DNA of 63,970 nucleotides, counting the filler, from Saprolegnia diclina VS20 (taxonomy: Eukaryota), in the NCBI RefSeq assembly GCF_000281045.1. It is 5 parts of 3 records of this genome, joined end to end, with 100 filler letters (N's around TTAATTAATTAA, not from the genome) between each part and the next. Parts side by side here need not be neighbours in the genome. Positions count along the whole stretch, not along the records: positions 1 to 9,006 come from NW_008246071.1; positions 9,107 to 39,292 come from NW_008246071.1; 3 more parts are not named here. One strand, given 5' to 3'. The notes under the pieces were generated by a model. It was not told where the DNA came from. It ran no database searches and saw only the letters and a list, made by a program, of their open reading frames with translations. Each line of letters starts with the position of its first letter. Position 1 is the first letter of the stretch. The translations under genes and the position numbers were made by a program. This document shows, piece by piece, positions 1 to 12,097 of the stretch.

Positions 1-3000
1 AGCATGCAAGTAAACGGCGCATCGTCTTCGGCCAAAACGATGTACGAGTATTCAGAAAGCAATAGGTCGTGTATCCTTGCCGTCGGTTTGTTCGGCATAT
101 ATTTCGAAGACGACCGGTAGAGGTTTTCTACTCGGCTCGGGCACGCATTGCATGTAGACACAGTTCGGATGTGCCAAGTAGGAATAGGGCCTCGATGAAC
201 GTGAAATGGGGATCTTAAAGTTTACGTACACGATATACAAAGAAAGAGGAGAAAGAGATTGAAAGGTCTTCAGCACGTTGACAGAGGTGGAGCCTGGCTT
301 TCAAGTGCAGTGATGCGGCTTGAGTTGCTCGGCCTGCCTTTCAACCAATCAGGCGAAGCTTTTGATGAAAAAGTCATGGATTACGGTGTATTTCGACCAG
401 TAGCCGCCTTAAAGCACATAAGAAGGCGCTTGGATTGGCTAAAATTCACGCAGATATCATCGCCACGACTGAGCTCCGCGATTGAGCTTCAACAGATGGG
501 ACGACTGAGCTCCACGTCCGACGCGGCTGAGGTCGCCGTCCAAGCAAGCAGCCCACTGCTTACCGTCTTCCAAAAGCTGCACGACGCGTACTATAGCATT
601 GCCTACTTATGTCTTGCAGTGCTGACTCTTGTAGCGTTGCCGGTGAATAGGATTAGCTGCCGTAGCGTGGCGGCAGGCTGATGTGGTGCTTGGGCCCCGG
701 GCCTCGTGTCGCATGTGGCGTTACCCTCGAAAATGCATCATGAGCCATATGTATATTAATTTTTGAGAGGCATTCGCCGAAGCCTCTGATATTTGATCAC
801 TCGCGCGCATAAGCTCAGTCGCCCATATGAAATGCACCAAGCCGGAATAAGAAACCCAGGACGCAGTTTCCCCATAAACTTGCCGCTTGGCCTGCATGAC
901 CGCGGGATCGAACGACTAGCCCCACAGCAACCTTCGTCTCGTGCAGTGACGCAGGATGCTGTTGTTAGCGGTCGTGATGTGAGTCAAGGCGAATGCGTTG
1001 CCACATGAGAAGTGGAACGGGTCAATTTGTTTGTGTCGTGCCGTCTGCCCCAAATGACGACGTTGCCTCGCATTCAAAACATACTCACTCAGTAACCGAC
1101 CCGAGTAAGCTCCGTGACGCCAAGAAATTCGAGCGTGCATATGGGAAATGATTGTCACGGCTCTGTTCCTTCTTCCGCTCCTTCCAAAGGTCACCTGCAA
1201 AAAGTATTGTCTTTGCCACGGAAACTACTGGTGCCCAAACTGTCATTAGGTACATTATTGGGACCATTCATGTTATTGGTCTAGTGGATTTACTACTGGT
1301 GGCAAGTGGAGTGCCTTGCTCTTGCAGCACCGGGTGGCTTGTCCGTTGGGTAGACGCCGGCGTAGCATTTATCATGAAAGCTGAGAGTGCGTCGTTGGTG
1401 AGTCGTTGTTGCAGTGGCAACGTACCGCCATGTTGCCGTGACCAAGTGGCATCGCCTGTGATGGCAAACGGATTGTTCGGAATGGCGAAAATCGACGTGA
1501 TAGAACCGGCGCTGCGCCTATCCAGCAGTTGGGCATCCTGTAGGCTGTTCGGAAATTGTTTACGGAAAGACAGAAGTCACCTTTTTCACGCCAGAAAAGG
1601 CGCCTCCTATCTCAACGTGTGAGCGCTGGTAGTACATCATGCGGCAGACGGAGCGCTGCGCCTCGATACTAGTATGGCGTTCATGGGCTTTCATGGGCTT
1701 TCATTCACACACCAATGCGCATTGTGAGCGCGTGTGACCGTAGCGGCATACAGAGGGTTTTCACATTAGTATTCATGGTTTTCACCACTAGGCCGGCAAC
1801 AACCGGCGACAAGTTGTGATTGATCGTTGTAGATTATCCAACGGGAAGACAGTTTGTGTAGGACTGTACAGGAACCCGTGCCGGGTTTCCAGCGGTCAGT
1901 ATTCTAGCTTAATTACCCATTCGCATTTTAGGTCATATGTTTAGGGAGTACGGCATTCGTGCACAGCCTTCAGAAAGCGCGCTAATCCCACAATGACTAG
2001 CAACAGACTACTCAGGTTTCATGTAAGCAATATTCTGCTGATTATTTATTGCCCCTTGATGTAACGTCGGTGCCACCTATAAAAACGCACTGCGCGCGTG
2101 CACAAATTACGAGCGTATTGCCGCTCCGCAACACGCGCTTAACTGAACAGCTTGATGAACTCCGCGTGCTACAGCCCTTGCATTGCCGTCTGTCCGCTGC
2201 CCATCATAGTTCTGGAAAAGATATAACAGTTCGGGCGGAGTGACACTAGTAAAAGATGACATAGATCGAACGTCTTTCGCCGTCGATACAAATCAAACCC
2301 TTGGATGGGCCTCATACCCGAACCGACCAATCACATGCGTTCGTTCTCCAAGCAACCAATCACTGCGACATGGTCCTTTACAACCTGCTCAGCGCCGTTG
2401 CAGCGTTTCTATTTGGCACGTCAAATTTGGCTTAGACGTAAACAAGAATGATCTTTCGAATCTTTTTTGACATGCTCTGTCCCAGGTTCTTTTCATCCAT
2501 CACGCTAGTATTATGCTCAGTAATAGCTGTCCAAGTACTTTTTGTTGTGGCACCTTTGAGTCCACAGTTAACTGCTTACGTAATTTACGCGGTCAGTGAG
2601 TGAAGCTTTAAGTGGTATCTTTATATCACAAATCGAAATTCAGAGTACGTTTTGGCGCAAACTGTTTCATATGCGATAACCAACAGAATACGACTTTCTA
2701 AATGAGGGGATGTCTGATGGAGTTAATTGCTGCAAACGACTGCAGAGGATGCTTCAATTCTAATGGAAAAACCAATGAATTTTTCGATGTATGATAACCC
2801 AATTCAGTCACTTTAGCTGCTGCAATTTTCCGATATCCGGAAGCCCCCCCCCCGCCCTAAGAATGCGTGTATATTTTGTTGTGCATAACTGCTAGCACGT
2901 GCAGGATTCTGCTCAAAATATAATGTTGGGCCGAGTTTAGAGAAACAAAAAAAATACGGTCGCATACCCGGCCAGTAAGGGCCTGTCGTATTCTCATTAT

Positions 3001-3302
3001 GGCGCCTAGATGACGATGGTCGCCACTAAATAGTGAACAAATGCTCGCATTGTCTGCGCTTGTTGCCGCAGGCGCTACTCTGCCTAGACGGCGCTGCATG
3101 CTTTCCGTGCCAAAAGGCAAACACGACCACTCGGCTGCATAGCGTAACCAGTCTATGGTCTTGACGGTGCACAAAGATCCCCACTCGCATTGATGTTGGA
3201 GCGCAGCAGCCAACGCCACGATATTACCCAATTTGTATAACCACAGATAATATCATGTACGCTACGTATCTAGTTCATTATTGGTGAGGGTTCTAGCTGA
3301 TT

Positions 3303-3558
3303 CATCATATCATATCATATCGGATTTGTTATTCTGACTAATGATCCTCAGAGTCGATATATGAACTTCTTGGACAACTTGCGTTCTGATTGGCGCATAC
3401 CAAATGGCGACATGTGGCTCGGCTTTCCTCAACTTTCGTGCCCGCATAGAGGCGGGGGATATCCGGACGATGAAAACTTGTCGGTGCTCGGGATCGAACC
3501 GGCGACCTTGGGAGTTGTAAGCAGAAATTCTCCCGCGCGATCCACGCGGCCCCCTAGT
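3303..3558 (-). mobile_element. tRNA-derived SINE (256 bp) with 13-bp target site duplication
   Basis: GTTCTAGCTGATT occurs at 3290-3302 and 3559-3571. The minus-strand 5' head is tRNA-like (A-box-like TGGATCGCGCGG, CTTACAA loop, B box GGTTCGATCCC) and the 3' tail is (GATAT)n. Confidence 0.85.
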
Positions 3559-3891
3559 GTTCTAGCTGATTGAAAAGGCTCGAGATCGTGCGAGATACAG
3601 TGCATGCCAACCTACGGAATCGTCTCTCTCGGAAATGTTGGCACGGTTCTAATCTTGATTCGTCGCATAGTAAAACCAGCAAAAGCTTACTAATTCTAGA
3701 TCGAGGGGCGTAATATATATTCAACAGTGAAAGTGATAAAAAGTATTAGCTTGATAGGCTAGTTTTGTCGCAATCTGACACAAAAATGCTTAGCAAGTTA
3801 TTATAAGCAATCTGTTGTTACATATCGCATTCTTTCGGACAGGGCAGTCGATTTATAACGACTCAAAAGAGTTGATTTTTTTGCTTGGATA

Positions 3892-4037
3892 CAAAAAATT
3901 CCGTAAACATCGGTATTCCGATGAGGAATACCGATGTTTACGCAGCGTGTCCTCTTTGAGTACACGCTGGGTAAAGTCAGTTCAGGCTTCGTCGGCGGTG
4001 GCAAAGCCAGTTTGTTAAGGTTATCCAAAAAATTCCG
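3892..4037. repeat. 122-bp insert between 12-bp direct repeats, containing an 18-bp foldback and a copy of 4748-4854
   Basis: CAAAAAATTCCG at 3892-3903 and 4026-4037; inverted repeat 3902-3919/3925-3942; 3921-4027 matches 4748-4854 with 4 substitutions. Confidence 0.85.
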
Positions 4038-4349
4038 ATTACCTACTTGTACGCACTTGCGGACTTCGTTCGTCAAGCTTTGCTCCAAAGCATTTGCAAC
4101 ACAGAATATGGCATATTGCTTATTGCTGTGTGCGTGTGTATCGTGGGGTTTAAGCTGATTTTGTCTTATCGGAAAGCAATAAGCGCCACACTTTTTTTCG
4201 GCATTGAACAAATATCGGTGGATTGTTTCCCCATCACGTCGCTCCATCAAAATTTGATGGCAAACATTAACGCCACTAATGGCCTGCTACGGGGCGAAGA
4301 CCGCCGAATGAAAACATTTTTTCAGTAGCCCCACATCAACAATCGAGTA

Positions 4350-5400
4350 ATTGCATGCACTTTCCGCCATATTCAGCGCCGAATCGGCGCTCGGCAATCA
4401 CAGTTAGCCTGCTGATAAACGTAACTTGATCACACCCTCCCACCTTTCTACCCAGCTCAAGCAAGGTCTTATCTGGAGAGAGCGAACGCTTTGATACTGG
4501 GGCAAACGTGGCTCCGTTATATATCAATGCGTGGGTTGACGTGTTCGAGCGACGAGGAGCGCCTATGTCGCGCCTGCATCGACATGAACAAGACCAGGAG
4601 CTCCATTTTACAAATGACTTCGTATATATCAAGACTAGCAATCTCCTTACTCTTCATTCGCTTACCAGGCCATGGCTGCGCGGCGGCGCGGGCCTCGTCA
4701 AGCTTTTTGCAGTCACCCGGTGGCACTTGTGGTCGTGAGTGAGGCACATGAGGAATACCGATGTTTACGCAGCGTGTCCTCATTGAGTACACGCTGCGTA
4801 AAGTCAGATCAGGCTTCGTCGGCGGTGGCAAAGCTAGTTTGTTAAGGTTATCCAGAGCCGCCAACGATTAAGGCGACATTAGCGACTGGAGATCGGGGTG
4901 CATGACGATCGTGTGCCACACGCGATGCCTCGGCGGCAGCGATGTTGGCAGGGACGGCTCCCTTCAGGCGCAGCAGCGATCACACTCAGCGGGACGCTGT
5001 CGCAACGAGCGTGCTCAGTTAGAAGATACCAGTACCAAGAAGTCGACGCAGCTCACGGCAATAGAAGCTCTCGAGGCCCGCCAGACTTGTTGCCATCAGA
5101 GCCCACGTGCCAAAGCTGCACAAAAGAACCGGGAGCACGTAGCACGTGTACATTCGGTTATCGTTCGAGATGAGGCCTCAGCACATCCGGATATTCAACA
5201 TGTTGAACGCCGCTGTCGCCAATCGCTTCCGAGCCCACAGTTCGGCCACGTCGTCAAGGATGCTACGTCTCCTTAAGTTTCCGCTGCGCCGCACCACTTC
5301 GTGCCCGGAAGCTCTGTACTCTTTTTCCATATTGCGTCGAATTGGTATGCCAATCATGCATGCAGTCGTACAATAATCGCGTGAGAAAAATACAGCTTTG
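4350..5400. pseudogene. possible decayed PIF/Harbinger-like transposon relic
   Basis: Plus-strand fragments FERRGAPMSR / CIDMNK loosely recall the Harbinger transposase 'GAPL..CxGFIDGT' segment. Minus-strand EYRASG..RRSG..ILDDV recalls Myb/SANT-like partner ORFs. Heavily disrupted and weak. Confidence 0.25.
4748..4854. repeat. second copy of the 107-bp repeat, with a 14-bp perfect hairpin
   Basis: TTTACGCAGCGTGT (4764-4777) pairs with ACACGCTGCGTAAA (4789-4802). Confidence 0.85.
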
Positions 5401-6559
5401 AAGAGCAGCAGATCGACGCCATACGCCCCCGATACCCTCAATGTGTGACACACAAGCACCAGCAGGTACTGCGCGCACTGACACCAAACGCACTGTGTGC
5501 GTTAACTCGCTTCACACGTGAGACCGCTCCGGGGTGAGTCGGCTTGACCATGGCCTCCTACATAGTAGTCCGATATACGGGCATGGAGGAATTGAGAAAT
5601 TTGTGCCTACCGTTTTCGCACACGGGTATGAGCCACAAACGGCAGTCAGTTAGATAGGTTATCCCGTTTCGAAGGGCGGCGTTCTTCACTGTTTAGAGAT
5701 GTTCACTATTCGTCAGACAGTCGGCGGGGTCCGCAAACAAGAGGGTGTAGTGGCTTTACGAGTTCCTACACCATTAGCATGGCATGACACGGCGAACACA
5801 GACAAAGGGAACGACGCCATCGTGGTCGCGCGTAAAGGGTCATATGAATTGTGTCTACTAAGCCGCGACGAGACGCAAGATGCTCTAAGCTGCTTGCTCA
5901 GCTTGGTCACGTCAGAGTCGGCCCACGAAAACTTGTTAGTGGCTTTGGGCCTAGGTGGCAGGCTCTCTTGAGAGTTTCTCTTGATTTTGTAGGCGTTGCA
6001 CGTAATTATATGAAAGAGAACCCGCGCGGGCGCTTGGTCGACAGTTCAACACCACCGATCGACTAGGGCATGCATTTTTGTCGTTGGCAAGAGCACCTTT
6101 GAGGCAGTGCGCGATTGGAAGCCCAGAGTGCACCTCGTCGCTGCAGCGCCAGTTCCTGTCATCGCCTATTGACAGGCGCCACTTCTCAACGGAGATATTG
6201 TGCCGCAGAACTTAACGAAGCTTGAGTCAAAGGTACACGATGCACCAATACTGGACCGCCGATTGCACGCACGCGAACATGGTGTAGAACAGATCCCTGG
6301 CGGGGTGGACTGGTAGGAACAAACCAGTATCTCGCACGTGTAGGACGAGCACTATGGACATCACAATGTGGAAACGATGAAGTAGTACGCGAGCCGTAAG
6401 CACAAAGACGACACGTAAACTACGAAAGTGCAGCTCGAAGCTGATTAAATATGGTGCGACAATGCTTGCGGTGAGCGTCGCCTTGGGCTTGGATGACCCA
6501 TGGAAGTCCAGTCCGCGGGTCATCGCCGGATCGATGGTGCAAAGTGCATTAAAGTTTGT

Positions 6560-7090
6560 CACGCAGAATATACTGTTGAGAACGACAAATATGCTAACGT
6601 CGTAGCTGTTGGGTTGTTGTGGCACCCGCGAGACGACGTATCGCAAGTGGAGATGCAAGTGGAGATGGTTGTCGATGGGTGGATCTTCGATTACGAGAGT
6701 GGTAAAGCCATCAGCAAATGTTAGGAGCTCCAAGTCGCGTGTGTCGGGCCTGCCGCTATTGTTCTTCGAGTCCAAGATAGTGACCCACCCGGGAGAATCG
6801 CCCGGCAGGACGAAGTTAAGAAGCTGCTAGTGGACGTGATTTTTGCAAATGAGCATGAGCCACAAAAGGCAGTTGCACATATTGGTGGTCTCGTTGTGAA
6901 AGCGCATGGCACTTCTCTCATCCGTGGTGATGCGCGTTGTCCAGTTTGTTGGCTCCTCTGGTAAATGGCGTAGTGTCGCTTTGAGACGAAAGCAATCGCG
7001 TCGCTCGTGTGCGCGATGGCCATTTGCATGAAGAGCTCAATGATTGTTTTGATGCGCCACTCCCCAGACTGTAGCGATGATCACGTGGCG
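6560..7090 (-). pseudogene. decayed Ulp1/C48 SUMO-protease-like relic
   Basis: Ordered motifs on the minus strand: LQSGEWRIKTIIELF (~7050), LMLICKNHVH*QLL (HW motif with TGG>TAG, ~6830), VTILDS, and VPQQPNSYDVSIFVV (QxNxxDCG motif without the Cys, ~6610). Confidence 0.6.
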
Positions 7091-7519
7091 TCAAAGTTAG
7101 GCAAAAACCGATGTACATTGGCAAAGAGAACAACGCCGTCGTGGTTGGGCGTAAAATGGACGAGTGCACTCGCGAGCTGGGGCACATGTCAGGACGAGGA
7201 TACTTTTAATGTAGATCGAAGCGAGTTTGGGCTGCTTGCTGGACATAGCCGTATCGAGATCTGCTTGTGAGCGCCTTGTCGGGGTATTCGTCGCCTTCGC
7301 TGTTGGCCACCGCTTCGAAGCTCGAGTTGCCTAGTGGCGTCTTGATGCGCTTCGTTAACCGGCTGAACCAAACAGCTCGACTTTGCATCACACTTCCTAT
7401 TATTGTCCTTGGCAAGGGAGGCTTGGGCCGGTGCACGTGTTGGAGCTTGGACTGCAAGCTGTCTCTCGAGTGCTAGCATCCGTCGTCACCAATGAACATA
7501 CCCTACCGCACAGCAAATA

Positions 7520-8230
7520 TGTTGCGTCGCAGAGCTTGAAGATGCTTGCGATTGAAATTCAAAGAAAGAGGCATGCAGCGAAAGTGGGCCGTTGATTGAA
7601 CGCGGGAGAACGTAGTGTAGAGATGCTCAAATGTCAATGCTGACGACCGAGGGCTGTGCTTGAGGTGAGCGAGCAATGACGTGTGGGCACGACTCACCTT
7701 GAGCTTTTCACGTCGTGACAGCAAACGCGAGAGCGACCGCGTGCGAGTGGCACTAGAGCTTAAGCTTCTTGCCGATGCGGACTGCCTTGTCAGACCGTTC
7801 GATGAGTCCGATAGGCATGTGCACAACGGCCGTGACGGTAGCGAGGTTGAGATCCAATGGCCACGCTTCGACTGCGTCGGGTTTCACCTGGACAATAATG
7901 AAATCGGGTGCGCGGGGCAGGTCGATGACACCGTCGGATGGGCCGCGTGCGATTGCATCCAGAGTTGGCGTTCACGTTGCAAAGAGCTTGGCCCGGCGCA
8001 CCGGGTAGAAAGTGGTCAAAGAGTTCGGGGTAGACATCAGATCGGTAGACAGCTGGGCGAGCCCAAGAGGAACCTCCTTCTCGAGCACCCTTTGCCAGTG
8101 TATCACGACAGTATTTTTGGTCACTGCAAATATCTCGGCCATGGCTGCGTTGATGACGCTGCGGTCCGTGTTGCATGTTGTGAGGACAACCGAGTTGGTC
8201 GTCCACGCCAGATCCTAAGCCACTACACCG
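7520..8230 (-). pseudogene. decayed Pif1-like SF1 helicase C-terminal half (Helitron-like relic)
   Basis: VVLTTCNTDRSVINAA, FLPGAPGQALCNVNANSG, ALAFAVTT*KAQG (motif V, 7696-7728) and LYTTFSRVQS (motif VI, ~7600-7622), in order, with stops and frameshifts. Confidence 0.65.
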
Positions 8231-9006
8231 GGCGTTAGGTCGTGTTAAGCGCCTCCACGAGCCGATTGTGCTTGTGTACTATGTCTGCGTGCCATCATGA
8301 CGATACTGTTGCAATCGGGAAGTTGCCGAAAGTCTTGCAAGAGCTCGTGTGTAGAAAACCTTCAGCGCCAATGCCGTCTACCGAGGGCTGTTTTCGTGGT
8401 GCTAATTTCTCGTGGGCATGTCGTGTGTAGTTTTTTGTATGTCGTGTACAGTACGACGAATGGCTGAGAAGGGATCGCTCGCGTGCGCCTCCAGCGAAGA
8501 CACAACAAAATTTGTTCCATGGCGACCACGCTTCCAACATTTCGAAGGCTTCCGAGTCGGCCAACGCTCCAATGCTCCAAGAGATCATGGGCTTCATGGG
8601 TTTGGGGGCATTTCGGCAAGTACAAAGGACGCCATTTCGACTATGAACTACAGTAGTATAGAGTTTGCCTCATCGCTTTGCAAGTTAATCGACTCGCCGT
8701 TGCGCCAGATACCTCGGCGATGTCAAGTTCGAGACTATTTTTGCTGGCATTCAACAAGGAGAGCATTATGTTCGAGACCGACTACCGCACGCTGCCGATG
8801 CCCTCGAGTCGAATACGTTTACGTCTGCGTCGCAAGCTGCCACAGCCTTGACACCAGCAACGATGAGACCGAGTCGGGTATCAACATCGCTGAAACACTT
8901 CGTTCAGCGGCGGCAGCTCCCACGCCAGCCAAGAAGGTGCAAGTATTGTAGTGTTGAGTAGGTTCTTAGTAGTCTCTGACTGAGTATTCAGTATAAGGAA
9001 TTTTGC

Positions 9007-9106
9007 NNNNNNNNNNNNNNNNNNNNNNNNNNNNNNNNNNNNNNNNNNNNTTAATTAATTAANNNNNNNNNNNNNNNNNNNNNNNNNNNNNNNNNNNNNN
9101 NNNNNN
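9007..9106. other. assembly gap with artificial six-frame stop linker
   Basis: N44-TTAATTAATTAA-N44. The same structure occurs at 39293-39392, 53927-54026 and 62686-62785. Confidence 0.95.
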
Positions 9107-9858
9107 CATATCGGCACGGTCGCAATTGCATTGAGGAGCCCGATTACCTGCACTTGACGGAGCGAGATCTTGCTACGCTCGCCGTCACGCTCGATGTCGA
9201 ACCGGCGCGCGTGAAAGTAGAGACTCATGCCGATCGGGTACAGAACCGTGGCCATGCGCAGTAGACTGTGACCCCACTGTAGCGCCTCGAAAAAGTTGAG
9301 CTGTCTTTCATGACCGAAGCCCGCACTGTTGGGATCATCATGTTCATCGACATGGTCGTCGTCATGGTCGTCGTCAGCCCCAAAGTGCAGCCTGACGTAG
9401 AGGATCATGCCCAGACCATAGAGACACAAAACGATGTAGATGCTAGCGACGAAGAAGCGCATAGCGCGCTTGCTGTTGGCAGCCGAGCGCGGCGCGAAGA
9501 CCATGCGCTTGATCTCGTGGACAGCGACGAGAAGCCAGAGCCCGGCCCCGACCTGGAAGATTTGTGCGACGAGGAACGTATACTTTGTCAGCGAGTTGTC
9601 CCAATTCGTCTCGCGGCGGTCGAGGTACTTGGCGATGCAGCCGACAAACGTGACGGCCGACCACACGACGGTGCACGCAAAGAACATGAAGAGGGCGCCT
9701 TGGCTCGCGTGTTGTTTGACATTGGTCCACTTGAAGACGACGACGCATGTCACGAGCGCCATTGTTGACGACATGGTCAGGGCCAGCGTGTACGGTACGA
9801 GCATGTAGTCGGCGAGGCCGACGTTGCTGCCAGTGTGCAGCACCCGCGTCGCGCGCAT
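9107..9858 (-). CDS. multi-pass membrane protein, GPCR-like, 3' end lost in gap
   Basis: Open frame from MRATRVLH with at least 5 hydrophobic helices, an acidic/His-rich loop (DDDHDDDHVDEHDD) and GC3 codon bias. Confidence 0.7.
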
Positions 9859-11101
9859 TGCCGCAACGCTTGCAATAGGATAATTGCATATCACACAAAG
9901 ACTCGAACAGATGCTGCTGGTCGGCCTTCCCATCCTCACTGTCAAACAAACTTCTATCAAACCAAAGCGCCAGAAGCTCTGAACATTGCCAGCACACCGA
10001 AATCTTGCCCGCCCATGACGACTGTTATCAGCTTGTTGGCGCCGGTGCAATACTGCACCAAGTTGGGAGCCGATCAGGTGGGTCACTAACGCACCCCTTT
10101 GCACACTCGATCATGGGAACAACAACACTGTCTCTCCCCGCGTACACGAGAAGATGAAATGAAGTGATCGAACTGCAGCCCGGTGGAAACACTTGTCCAA
10201 GGTAAGCTTATCTCCAAATTGTCTTCGTCTTGGCTGTGCAAAGAACGTGAGACCGCATTCCGCGCATTAAGAGCAATTCTCGCCTCGCGATCAAGCACAG
10301 TGCTGTGTCTTTTAGCGCGCTTCTATTAACCATAGCGCCGACATGTTATTTAGCGCTTCTGGTTGCAAGCGCTTGGACTCTATGCTGGCACTGCCCGGTC
10401 CGTAGGAACGAATCAATCATGGACACTCGAGCCTGAGCCCAAACAAATGCACGATCGAACTTGAAGAGTCATTTTGCGAAAGTGGATGATTCCTCATTCA
10501 ACTACGACACACTGCACAAAACGCAGGACTCATCTAAGCGCACACTTTATTCGGCCTCGTCATCTGAGTGGTTGTGCAGCTCTACTCGTCGAAGCAGCAC
10601 CAGTCTCCTGCCATCAACGAATGTGCGCATCCGCTGTTCGGCAGCTTCGCTTGACGCTCTGTCGACAGGCTCGATCCGGATCAGCCCGGCGTGGATTGGT
10701 CAAAATTCGCATTTCGTGCACCGTGCGATCCCAAGATCCAACCAATCATATTGCATCTTGGTATGAAAGAGCACATCTCATTGGTCACAACCCACAAACG
10801 CGCACAGCTGAATGGCAAGCTGCCTCGGTCGGCTCTTAATATCGATTTGCCACAGGTATGTATTCTAAAAGGTCCTTAAGATATATAATTTTAAACTTTC
10901 ATTATCATAATAGACAGTGAATACGAAGAAAAGGGTTTTCTGAAGCTTGTGGGATGGGCGGGGTGAATACCAATTGGCGCGCTGTGATTGGTGGAAACCC
11001 AGCCGTTTTTGCGGCGTCGAATAAAAAGCGGCAGGTATACAGAGAGGCAGTCATTTGGGGCCAGAAGCGGCGATCATTCCATTTTCGTTCGACTGACTGC
11101 C

Positions 11102-11794
11102 ATGGCCGACTCGATGCCGCTGCCCAAGCCGGAGGTCGCCCCCGTCGCGCCGACGTCGTCGTCCGGCGTCACTATCAAGGGCAAGGAGGTCGTAACCAAG
11201 TATATCGACGCCGTCAACTCTACCGACATCCACCGCATTAATGGCTACCTCCGCGTCGCCAACATCTTCTCGGGCGTCGTCTTTGGCATCATGGGCATCT
11301 TCGACCTCTTCTCGATCGACTCGTACAAGAGCTTCCTCGTTGCCGTCTACGTCATCGTGCTCTCGTCGCTCCTCGTGCTTTTCGAGTTCCGTGAGAAGTT
11401 TCCGAAGCTCGAGGCCAAGACCAAGGAAAACTTTGGCTTCATGTTCACGGGCTTTGGTCGCTCCGTGTACATCATGATGTACGTAGCTCTCTGTGCGTGA
11501 GTGATGGCGCTGAGCACCTTTTAGCATCGCGTTCCTTTCGTTCTCCCAGGGCACGCTTGGGATCGTCATGGGCGTCGGCTTTTTGCTCCTCTCAGCCTTC
11601 AACTTTTTCATCATGTGGAACGTACGTGAATCTCGTTGAATCGCCCATGAAGCTTACGATCAATCAATGCCTAGCACCCCGGCTACCACCAGGTCATGCG
11701 TGCGCCCAACAACACCACATACGAAAAGACCGCAGAGGCGTCCTCGACGGCCACCGAGGTGTACGTCCCGACCGCGGCGTCGATCGCCGTCTAA
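11102..11794 (+). CDS. COPI-associated/Tvp15-like Golgi membrane protein (3 exons)
   Basis: Hydrophobic helices, 'KENFGFMFTGFGRSVYI' signature, GT-AG introns near 11480-11524 and 11621-11674, and INR/FPR-like TCATTCCATTTT upstream. Confidence 0.8.
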
Positions 11795-12097
11795 GCCCGG
11801 GCGCCTTAACCTAATGCTATCCACTGCGAGATAACAGCACTTCCTCGATGCAAGGTGTTGGGATTAGAGCTGACGATTATCCGTCCTGTAATTCATTGGT
11901 GCAGGCATGAGGGAGGGAGCGAACAAGAAGGGAAGCACGCCTTCCCTGGCAGCCCACCGTTCGTCTCGGCGTTTTTAATAATTCTGGCCGCATACAAAGT
12001 GGGGAATAAAAACAGAACATATACTGTATGGGAATGAAAATAATATTCGTCCCAGCGAACCGAGTTTGAGATTTGAGGCCGTCGTTGTCAGGCGCCG

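Noticed and set aside
1..3280. Short ORFs at the window start
   Set aside because: They show no codon bias or recognisable motifs and are treated as intergenic or decayed repeat DNA.
3478..3553. Functional tRNA-Val(TAC) gene
   Set aside because: The acceptor stem does not pair, and the segment is embedded in a TSD-flanked, tailed element, so it is a SINE head.
4764..4802. Helitron 3' terminal hairpin
   Set aside because: There is no CTRR terminus at the expected distance on either strand.
9051..9062. TTAATTAATTAA as a biological repeat (also 39337, 53971, 62730)
   Set aside because: It is always centred in exactly 100-bp N gaps, so it is an artificial contig linker.
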